Source of the DNA: a virus
Lineage: Duplodnaviria; Caudoviricetes
Length of the DNA: 64,000 bases
Direction: 5' to 3' (one strand)
Virus record (IMG/VR): IMGVR_UViG_3300035180_001680
A program made the translations under genes and the position numbers. A model generated the notes under the pieces. It was not told the DNA's origin, ran no database searches, and was given only the letters and a program-made list of their open reading frames with translations. Shown piece after piece: positions 26,809 through 37,600 of this stretch (within the stretch, counting starts at the first letter, position 1; the number at the start of each line of letters is the position of its first letter).

Positions 26809-29800
26809 ATGAGTGGACGAATAATTTCAGCAGCAGAAAGTTGGGAAACAGTTTATAAAGCATTTCAAGATATAAACTTTACTGCATTTGATTACCAATC
26901 AATAAAAGAGAGTTTAATTGCTTATGTTCAATTATATTTTCCTGAAACATATAATGATTATATTGAAAGTTCGGAATTCATTGCTATTCTTGAATTATTT
27001 GCGTATGTTGGAGAATTAATAACATATCGTGTTGATATGAATTCACAAGAGAATTTTCTTCCTACTGCACAAAGAAAACAATCAATTTTACGCTTGGCAA
27101 AATTAATCTCTTATAAGGCTTCTCGGAATATACCTGCAAGAGGACTCGTAAAACTGACATCAATCTCTACAACTGAACCGATATATGATTCCAATGGAAC
27201 TAATTTATCAGGGACTAAAATAAATTGGAATGATACCTCAAATACGAATTGGAAAGATCAATTTTTGTTGGTTATGGATCATATTTTAACACAACCGTTT
27301 GGTAGTGTATTACCAGATGATCGAGTTCAAGTACAAGATGTATTATTTGAATTGTATACTCTCAATAACGTCCCAACACCAACTGGTGTGTTCCCATATT
27401 CCGTATCTGTTTCTGGAACATCATATCCTATGGAGTTGGTATCGTCGTCTTTAAACAGTGACGGTCCATACGAAAAGCGTCCAGAAATTAACATCCCAAA
27501 TACTCTATTGTATGGTTCAGACGGTCTGGGAGATGGTTCTTCGGGAACTGGTTTCTTTTTCTTCACTAAACAAGGAACTCTTCAATTAGTCCAAAATACT
27601 TTTGATGGAATTACCCCTAACCAAACTTTTGATATTAACAAAACTAATATAAACGAAACTGATGTTTGGATTAATAACGTTGATCCTGTAACACTTCAGA
27701 CAGTGACAGGGAACGAAATCTATACTCGAAATTCAGTTGAGGGGGAGTGGTTCCCCGTCGATTTAGCACAAGCCCAAAACATCATATACAATACCAACGT
27801 AATTCGAAATAAGTATGAAATCGAAACACTTGAAAATGATAACGTTAGAATTATTTTTGGAGATGGTGAATTTGCAGAAATTCCAAGTGGGTTGTTCCAT
27901 TTTTGGGTTAGAACCTCTGCAAACGAAAATGTAGTCATCCCCCAAAGTTCTATTAATAACGTTTCAACGAGTTTCACGTATGTTGACGTTAACGGAATTG
28001 TAAGAACTTGTACATTCACGTTTTCAGCAACGTCGACACTCCAAAATGCTGCTCAAACAGAAGACATTGAACATATTCGTAGAATGGCTCCATCTGTTTA
28101 TTACACACAAGATCGTATGGTCAATGGTCGGGACTATAACACGTTTATGCTTCAAGACCAAACGATATTAAAAATACGGTCATTCAATAGAACATTTGCT
28201 GGTGAATCAAATTATGTTAAGTACGTAGATTTCGTTGATCCTAGTGGAATGTATGACAATATTAAGATTTTTGGTGACGATTTAGCAGTTTATTTATCCG
28301 ATAACATATTATCACTTCCTCCGATAAGCCCTTCCCTGAATGCTGATGTTGTAATCCGTAATTATGTAGAACCGTTATTATCTAATCCAGGGTTGATGTT
28401 ATACAGAACAATGAAGGGTGATGGTATTGATGCAAAAGCTAGAACGTTTACAATAGATGAGTTTAATCTTATTTCTTCTGTTGATTATTCAAACTCTGAT
28501 GGTTATTTGTCATATGATCTTTCTTCACACTCTTGGATTTTGGGTTCAACTAATGATTGGTATATTAAAATTCAAAAAGGTGCAGATATTAACTCCTGGC
28601 TTGTGTCGTACAAAAGTGCTACAATGGTTGCTGAAAGTCCAACAACGAAGTTTTGGTTTAATAATGAAAATCAGGTTATAAATTACGATTCGTTAAATCC
28701 TGGAAATGATGTGTTAGTTTTATTGAAAGCGAATGAGAATAGGGACCGAACAGGAACGATGTTAAACAATACAAACTTAATCATTTTAGATTCTGTTTAT
28801 GTTGAAACAGGAACAGGGCCAACGACTGATATTGGTCTTCCAAACATTAACCAGTTTAGTGTAATCTATGCTGATAACAACGGTGATTTGTTTCCAGACT
28901 TTCCGAGTCCAACCTATGTTCCATTGAGTGATTTTATAAATCCAACTATACAGATAAATGGTGTTTTACCTTTCGCAGCGCTCGCAAGAGATATTAGTCC
29001 AAATTTACTCGGAAGTGATTTATTATATGATGCTGGAACTGTAAACAATTCAGGTAGTTCTTTAACTGTAAACGAATATGTTTATTTTACACGAGCTTCG
29101 TCGGATGATTACTGGACTATTCTTCCAACAAATTATCAAACAGTTGAGTTATTTTCTACTTTTGATGTTGTAGTTGATAATGGTGTTTATATGGACCCAT
29201 TAACTTTTGTTGAATACACGAGAAAAACTGGAAGAAATATGTTGAACTTTATGTGGATGCACAGAACTCCTAATAATCAGTTGGTAGACCCAGCTGCGAT
29301 GAATATAATTGATACGTACATCATTTCAAGAGGATATTATACAAGTATTCGTCGTTGGTTGGATGGGTATCTACAAAGCCAACCAACGGCCCCAACACCA
29401 TTTGATTTAAGAACGTCTTATGCATACTTGATCGACAATAGAATGATTTCAGATAGTATGATTCTCCATTCAGGAAATTTTAAAATTTTATTTGGTAAAC
29501 ATGCTCCTCAAAATCTACAAGCTGTAATAAAAGTAATTCGGTCTCCTCATTCCACGTTAACTGATAATCAAATAAAACTAAAAATTATTGGAACAGTTAA
29601 TACGTTCTTTGATATTTCTCAATGGGATTTTGGTGAAACGTTCTATTTTACGGAATTGGCTGCTGCCATTCATGCCGCATTACCAGTTGATATTGACTCT
29701 GTTGTATTGGTTCCTCTATATTCCACGAATTTCTTTGGAGATTTATTCCAGGTGAACGCGAAACAAGACGAGTTGTTTATTGCTGATGTGACTGTGAACG

Positions 29801-29856
29801 ATATTGAACTTATTAGCTCTATTAGCAGACTCACTATTAAGCAAGGAACAAACTAG
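26809..29856 (+). CDS. baseplate wedge gp6-like (baseplate J family)
   Basis: INFTAFDYQSIK, DYIESSEFIAILELFAY, IIFGDG, EDIEHIRRMAP...QDRMVNGRDY; start at 26797 or 26809. Confidence 0.88.
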   Translation: MSGRIISAAESWETVYKAFQDINFTAFDYQSIKESLIAYVQLYFPETYNDYIESSEFIAILELFAYVGELITYRVDMNSQENFLPTAQRKQSILRLAKLISYKASRNIPARGLVKLTSISTTEPIYDSNGTNLSGTKINWNDTSNTNWKDQFLLVMDHILTQPFGSVLPDDRVQVQDVLFELYTLNNVPTPTGVFPYSVSVSGTSYPMELVSSSLNSDGPYEKRPEINIPNTLLYGSDGLGDGSSGTGFFFFTKQGTLQLVQNTFDGITPNQTFDINKTNINETDVWINNVDPVTLQTVTGNEIYTRNSVEGEWFPVDLAQAQNIIYNTNVIRNKYEIETLENDNVRIIFGDGEFAEIPSGLFHFWVRTSANENVVIPQSSINNVSTSFTYVDVNGIVRTCTFTFSATSTLQNAAQTEDIEHIRRMAPSVYYTQDRMVNGRDYNTFMLQDQTILKIRSFNRTFAGESNYVKYVDFVDPSGMYDNIKIFGDDLAVYLSDNILSLPPISPSLNADVVIRNYVEPLLSNPGLMLYRTMKGDGIDAKARTFTIDEFNLISSVDYSNSDGYLSYDLSSHSWILGSTNDWYIKIQKGADINSWLVSYKSATMVAESPTTKFWFNNENQVINYDSLNPGNDVLVLLKANENRDRTGTMLNNTNLIILDSVYVETGTGPTTDIGLPNINQFSVIYADNNGDLFPDFPSPTYVPLSDFINPTIQINGVLPFAALARDISPNLLGSDLLYDAGTVNNSGSSLTVNEYVYFTRASSDDYWTILPTNYQTVELFSTFDVVVDNGVYMDPLTFVEYTRKTGRNMLNFMWMHRTPNNQLVDPAAMNIIDTYIISRGYYTSIRRWLDGYLQSQPTAPTPFDLRTSYAYLIDNRMISDSMILHSGNFKILFGKHAPQNLQAVIKVIRSPHSTLTDNQIKLKIIGTVNTFFDISQWDFGETFYFTELAAAIHAALPVDIDSVVLVPLYSTNFFGDLFQVNAKQDELFIADVTVNDIELISSISRLTIKQGTN

Positions 29857-29942
29857 TTACCTTTTTATAATGTTTCACTAAACTCCCTTTATAGTGTATA
29901 AATATGGATACAGAGGGAGAGTGTGTTGTGTTGAAACAAATA

Positions 29943-31559
29943 ATGAAATACCATATTGAAACAGGGGGAACAAAAAAATTAACATCTTTGTTAGAAAATA
30001 GACCATTGATACGACAAAGAATTTTAAGTGAAACTTCCTTTTTACCACCAAACTCCCCTCCTGCAGCAAGATTTTTTTGTTTTATCAATAACATTTCACA
30101 ACTCCCCTCCTGTAAAATTTGTGGAAGGCCAACAAAATGGGGACGATTATTTTCCTCCGGTTTTAACACTTACTGTAGCGTTTCTTGTAAAAACAAAGAC
30201 CCCATCCAACAACAGTTGTGTAAAGATGGGGTGATAGCCACATTCGGAGTATCAAATATTAGTAAGGTTCCTTCTATAATTCAAAAGAAACGAGACAATT
30301 CAGTGTTACTCTATGGAGTGTCCAACCCAAACCAATTAGACAGCATAAAGTCTAAAGCGATAAACACAAACTTGCAAAGATATGGTGTTATTCATCCCAT
30401 GTTATTACCAAAGTTTCAACAAAAAGTAAGAAGAACAAACGTTGAACGGTATGGGGTGGATTATATACAACAGGAAGAAAATTTCAAACAAAAAACAAAA
30501 GCGACAAATTTACAAAAATTTTCTCGGGAACATCCTACACAAACACATATTACAGAAGACGCACTAAACAAATTAAATGATCCAGAATGGTTATTTCACC
30601 AACACGTTGAACTTAAACAACCTTTAACACAAATCGCGGAAAGGGTTGGAGTTAATGATACCACAGTGGGGAGATATTTAACAAAATTTGGAATAGAAAC
30701 GAAACACTTTCGTGAGTCTGTTGGACAAAACCAAATATCCCAATTTTTAATTAGTAATGGATTGAAGGTCGAGACGAATGTTAGAAATATTATTGCTCCA
30801 CTGGAATTAGACATATATTTACCCGAGTATAAAATTGCAATAGAATATTGTGGATTGTATTGGCATAGTGAGCAACTTGGAAAAAATTCAACATACCACT
30901 ATAACAAGTATAAATTGTGTTTGGATAAAAACATTCGTCTTTTTACAATATACGAGGATGAATGGTTCACAAAACAAACCACAATACAAGATATGTTGTT
31001 ACATAATCTAAATCGATCCACAAAATCGAGAGTGTTTGCAAGAAAATTATCTATTAAAATGGTTGGAGTGAACGAAAAGAAGAGGTTTTTTGAGCAATAT
31101 CATTTACAGGGGGATGGTCCTGGAAGTATAAATATTGGACTGTTTGAAGACAATTCTTTGGTCGCATGTATATCTGTGATACAAAACAAAGGTGGGGTGC
31201 TGTTGATTAATAGGTATGCAACATCGAAGATTGTTGTTGGGGGATTTTCACGGTTACTGTCTGCTCTGAAAAAACAATACGAGTGGAATGTTATTGAAAC
31301 ATTCGCTGATTTGCGGTATAGTCAAGGACAGTTATATTTGTCTGTTGGGTTTAAAAATGTGAAACAACTAAAACCAGACTATTATTATATAAAAAATAAT
31401 ATACGATATCATAAATTTAATTTTAGACGAAAATATCTGCCACTTCGGTTAGACAATTTTGATTCTTCTTTAAGTGAAAAACAGAACTGTGATGCTGATG
31501 GAATTCTTCGATTGTGGGATTGTGGAAAAATCAAATTCCAAACTTTTAAAAATTGGTAA
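29943..31559 (+). mobile_element. homing-endonuclease-like gene 2 (same family)
   Basis: CKIC...YCSVSC; TNLQRYGV repeats; ELDIYLPEYKIAIEYCGLYWHS; RLWDCG; TATAAATA at 29897. Confidence 0.75.
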
Positions 31560-31605
31560 TATAAATTACTATAACCCTCCCAGTTTTTCTGAAAACATAA
31601 TGCAC

Positions 31606-31613
31606 TATAAATA
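31606..31613 (+). promoter_or_regulatory. T4-type late promoter
   Basis: TATAAATA before ATG 31645. Confidence 0.75.
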
Positions 31614-31644
31614 ACCTAAACAGTTGTTATTTTTGGTGTGGTAT

Positions 31645-34600
31645 ATGACAGATAATTCAGATTACAAAAAACCAAGGACTAACCTTGTAGAGCTTTTACC
31701 AGACACGTTTAGAACAGACGTTAATAATTCATTTTTAGAAAATGGCCCAAATCGTTATTTAACGAAGTCCGAGTTAACACCTACGTTTGGAACTATTGGA
31801 AAAAAATCAACACGTTATAGTAAAAGCACAAGAATACCTGAACCATCTGTTCAACGTCAGGCCTACCAACTTCAACCACTTTTAAACTCAACGATCGCAA
31901 CTGTTAATTATCTATCTTCTTATGCTGACATTTTAACAAAAGCTTCTGATTTGGGAGTTGATCCAGAACGTTTACCGTTGTGGGGGAACACAACACAGTT
32001 TAATTTTGCACCACCTGTTGATTTTGATAAACTTGTTAATTGGGGAAAATATTATTGGTATGATCCTGCCGGTTCAGCACCTCAATATATAACAATAAAA
32101 AACACTTGCGCGAGTGCTGTGGCTCGGGTTAATGTTTTAACATCGAGTATAGCAAGCTATATTGCTGGAGGACCGGCACCAGGAGTATCTCAATCAGAAT
32201 TTGACACCACTGTTGCTCAAATGCAATCCGAACTCTCACGGCTTCAAATTATTAGAGATTGCGCTTGTTATAATGGAAGGGTTGGTTGGGATATGACACA
32301 GTGGGATGACAATTCTCTCAATTGGTGGCACATAAATGAATTTACTGCAGAACCACCTACTGGTCCTATAAATACAGCACCATCATCTCCTCCACTATAT
32401 TCATTGTGGTTTGATACTGATGCCAAGCAATTTAAACGATGGATGGGAAGTAGTTGGGTTAGTTATGATAATATATCTGAACTTACTGTTGGTTCTACTG
32501 TTTATACTTTTAACCCATTTTTTTGGTATGATATTAACGACGTTGATAAAATTAACGACTCAGATCCGATTGGAACGCCACCCCGTCCAAAACTAAGAGC
32601 ATGGGATGGAGAAAAATGGGTTCTCTTTGCTCCTTCTGATTTATCTTCGGGAATTTTTCCATGGGACTCTGTTGAATCTTCTCTCTGTGTAACCCAAACA
32701 GATGATTGGTCTGCCCAAAATAAGTGGTACCACCAAGCGGATGTTCCAAATATTTCATTGGCAATTAGAGCAACAATGCCAATTATTGAGTATAATCCGA
32801 ATATTGAATTAAACCAGTGGTCATATACAAAATATAAATGGTCGTACAGAGGAAGTTATCTACAAGATTGGATAAGCGTAGATAGTGAACCAACACTTTA
32901 TGAAATGGGTATAAAATTTAAAGTTTTAGGTATATCGACTTCTACAATATCAAACCCTGGAACAATTACTGTTGATGGTGATCATAGAAGTATGCTTCAA
33001 CCTGGGAACAAAATCCACGTCAATGAAGTACCTTCCTCTGTATTCACATTAACGATATATCAAGCAGATACGACTCACGGTCCAGGTAGTGATGGTTATG
33101 ATCCTGAAACAAACACTACTAAATTTTTAGTAGTAGAAGATACAGCACAAGTCATATTGGGATTAACAACTGATACAACAGTCGATTTTGTTCTTACCAC
33201 AACGAGTCTTGGTGACACTTGGGTAAGTTTCTTCTCACAATGGGCTTTAACAGAAACACCAACTCCGGTTCCTGTGAATCTTCAAACCCGTCCAACAGTA
33301 ATTCCTCAATTGTCATTTGGACCTTTACCTACTGCTGGATATAACACTTTTGTACTCCCTGATCTTTTCTTGGTTGGTAGAGATACTATTCGTGTTTATG
33401 TTGACGGAAAACGTCAATACGGAACGTATATTGAAGGATGGAGTACAAACATCCCCGGGGAGTACATTTCTGGGAACTTTACTGGGGCCAACGATCCATC
33501 GTATTCCAATATTGCTGAAACGGCAGTCGTTTCGTCTACTGGACATTCATATCCTGGAACACACGGGAATACAATTCAGTTCTTTGATCCTGTTTCTCAA
33601 TTTTCAAATGTATCGATAGAAACAATTCCAGCGGCACTGAGCGATCAATATCTATCTGAGATAGAAGTAAGAACTTCTACAGATGCAAATTTTTATACAA
33701 CAAACTTTAGTTCAATTTTTACAACTCTAATTAAATATCGTCTTGTTGAACAAATCAAAACCGAACAAACACAATATCCATTATTTGATATTTTTAATGT
33801 TGATGGAACAACAACCTATACAGCCAACAATATCTTTGGGTTTCAGGAAGGATCAACATATTCTGTGGATCCTAGAGTTGGTCGAAGAATTGCGGTCACC
33901 AATAATGGAAAAGAATTTGGTTTTGAACAACAATTACTTAATACTGACACAGGTGCAATAACTTGTTATAAAGATTCTTGGGCTATTGAAACTTCAAACC
34001 CCGCTGGGCTTCAAAGTATTTGGAGACGTGGAATTCCTGAATCAGATTCTCAATATGTTCCAAAACAAAGAAATGAGTATCAATTAGCTTATGGAGATTC
34101 ATATGTTGATTCTAATGGAGTAAAACGGATTGCTGGAATTGATACACCTTTGGGTCCAACAGATTGGGAAATTCCAAGTCAGATGATGTTTAACATTCAT
34201 CATGAAAACCGAAAGGTTGTGTTATTTTCAGAGATATATACTCACTTTACGTCTATTATTAATGCTCAAACCCCTCCTGTTGAGTTTAGTTCTGCAACTT
34301 CTGATTTTTATAGATTGTTAAATATACCAAACTTTGGTGTTGGTGGGACTATAAAAGAATTTAATGATAGTTATGACACATTCTTATCTGCAATGTTTCA
34401 AACGTCAACGAATCCAAGAGCTATTATTGATTTTGCTCGTTCTCGATATGATTACAATCTAACACTTCTACAAGAATACTTTTTACAGAATGCCATTTTG
34501 TTACTTACAAATATGAGCGATCCTTTCTATCAGGATATTAATAAAGCTATTTCTGATTACGTTATAACATTGTTTGAACAGAATGAATTCCTCGATAATT

Positions 34601-37600
34601 CATTTGGTGATTCAACTACACACAACACGTTAACAGGACTTGGTATTAAAAATTGGATAACAACTCTTCCATATTTAAAACTATCACGTCCAGTTGTTCC
34701 AGCAATATTATTTGATGTAGATTTGGGAATTAAACAGGTTCTTCATCATGATGGACATATTTCCAATATCTCTGTTCCGTCGTCAACATCAAAATCGATT
34801 TATACGAAACTGTTACAGTCAACAAACGGAGTTCAAGGTCCAATAACAACGCGCCCTGTTTGGCCGACGGTACAAAAAGGACAATATTGGATGGACACGG
34901 GTGGGGTGTTGTACAGATTTAATGTTATTAGTACATCTGGTGGAGCACCTTCGATTTTTAATCCAGTAGGAACATATTGGTTAGATGGAACAAGTGGACT
35001 TTTATATGTTAGAACGAACTCAGTACCACTTGGCTGGGAGATCGTTAAAGACAAAAATGGCCATATAACTCCAGGATATATTGAACCAGCTTGGAAACCA
35101 ATTGTATTGGAAGAAATTATAGCGAATGTGATTTATCAAGCTGAACTTAAATTATATGAAGCTGTTCCAGATTTTGATTCCACAGTGTTTGATTTTTCAA
35201 CACTACTATCATCAACATCTGAACAAGATGTATTCGTTACATATTTAAAAGAACAATACTTTGATTATATTCAACAGACTAACAGTAATCCATCTGTTAA
35301 CAATTTTGATATAAGCAATCCGTTTACATGGAACTATAACTCTATTTCTCCGAGTTATATTCCAGCTGTTAAAGTCGGTTCACCAACTATATGGGATGCG
35401 AGCTACCAAGGAATATATGAGAAAAACTTTGGAACGCAGTATCCACATCTTTTGCCTTGGAAATTACAAGGATATTATAACAAACCAACTTGGTGGGATA
35501 GTCAATACAAAGACACCTCTGGTCTCCGCCGTTGGACGAATTCGATGTGGAATAATATTAAAAATGGAATAATTCCCGTTGGAGCTTTACTTCCGGACAA
35601 CATCACAGTTGGAACTGGGTTAGTCGAATCTCCTACACAAGCACCGGTATACAATTTTATGTGTGTTGACACATCAACCGATACATTGCTTGCTCCATAT
35701 GTTCAAGGGAATACTAACACTTTCCTTAATAGTGTTAGTATTATCAACCAATATATCCCATCATTCTCTGACCCATTCTCTTTTGGTCAACAGGGTGTTA
35801 CGGAATATACCTGGAGAAATTCTTCTTATTTCCTATATGGATTGTTACATATTGCATTTAGAATGCAACCCGTGAGATTCCTACATGATGTGTTTGGACC
35901 AACATTTATCAACGTTGCTGGATTGCAAATTGATAACAGAACTAAAAAGGTTTACTCACACAAAGACGCAATATTCCACGGAGATTTGAATTCCGCTGAT
36001 CAGAATATTGTATTAAACGGATTAAATCAGTGGTATGTAAACTTTATTAGATTCAACAATCTTGATATAAACACTTCTGATTTTAAAGAGAAATGGATTA
36101 ATTGGAATGCAAACTTAACATACCAAACTGGCTCTTTTATTAATTCCAAATCTTTGGATGTTGCTGCAGATTATTTTTCTATTATACCTCAAGATTATCA
36201 AGTTCTTATTAAGAAAACTCCTGATATGAAAAATTTCTGGGTAGATGCTTTATTAGTAACGACAGAATCTGTAGGAACGGATTGGACTTTAAATCATAAC
36301 AACAAAGTTCCAAAATACTATGGTTCAGATTGGGTGTTTAGGTTGAGTACACCATCACCAATTGGACACACGATTAATTATTATGGTATTAAGAGTTATC
36401 CGTGTTCGTTTAATACAATTAACGACGTTGGTTCCACTATTGGTGCTATTGTGCTTCCATGGGCAAACGTTGCTGGAACACCAATCCCAGGAGAAGATAT
36501 TCTTTATGTTCAAGACGATACGTTGACATGGTTTACTGGTTCACCAGTTCAGGTAACTTCGGCAGAACTTTATCCAACTCCTCTTGCACCAAACACAACA
36601 TATTACATTATAAAAGTTGCTGATAACCAATTCAAACTTGCATCTTCGTATAATAACGCTGTTAATGGAATTTCAATTGATATAACCAGTCCTGGTTCAG
36701 CGGTATACATTGAAGAGTTAGTTGGAACATTTGTTGCTTTAGACGGAACACAAACATCAAATATATGGAAACACATTGCACTCGACAAGAGAACAACGAA
36801 TACAAGTCTTGTTCCAATGTATGTTACTGGAGTCCAATCGGTTATCAATTTAATTGATGGGTATTCAAATTGGTTAATGGACCAAGGGTGGGCTTTCAAT
36901 GAACCAGAAGCAGTAGAAGTTGATATCCAAACTGGAAAAATTTTGAATTGGCAAACAGAAATTGAACGTTTAATTGGAAGAATTTATTCTGGTTTAGGTT
37001 TGGTTACTATTCAAGGCAACCCAACGTCACCAGGTAGTATTTCAGTATTAGGTAATTTGATTCAAGGGGTGGGTTACTCGTCAGGAAAATATATTAATAT
37101 TCAAACTGAAACCATTACCGGAACAGGTTCAGGGGCAACTGTTAATATTGTGGTACAAGACAATAAGGTATTTTCTGTAAATATTAACAAAATTGGAATG
37201 CAGTATAATACGGGTGATACTATCTCTGTCCTTGGAGCTAACTTTGGAGGTGGAGACGATATAATACTTACAGTACTAAACGTTTTCCCAGTGTCGCTCA
37301 ATCAACCAATTTCAGGAGAAGTCTTACATGAAGTTAATCCTTTCAGAAACAATATATGGTTTAAAACACCACGAGGAATAATATCGAATATATATTCACA
37401 ATCTTATTCAGATGTTCGTGTTGATTCCACAGTATATGATCAGTTTGGAGATACTCTTCCAAGTTCATCTGTTTTCATATTTCGAGAAGACACGAAGAGT
37501 CGTATCAGAGAATGCTTTCTTTGTGGAAGTGTGTATTCGCAGTCAGGGGCGGTAAATTCAAACCAAGATGCAGCTATTAATCCGTATACCACTCCTCATT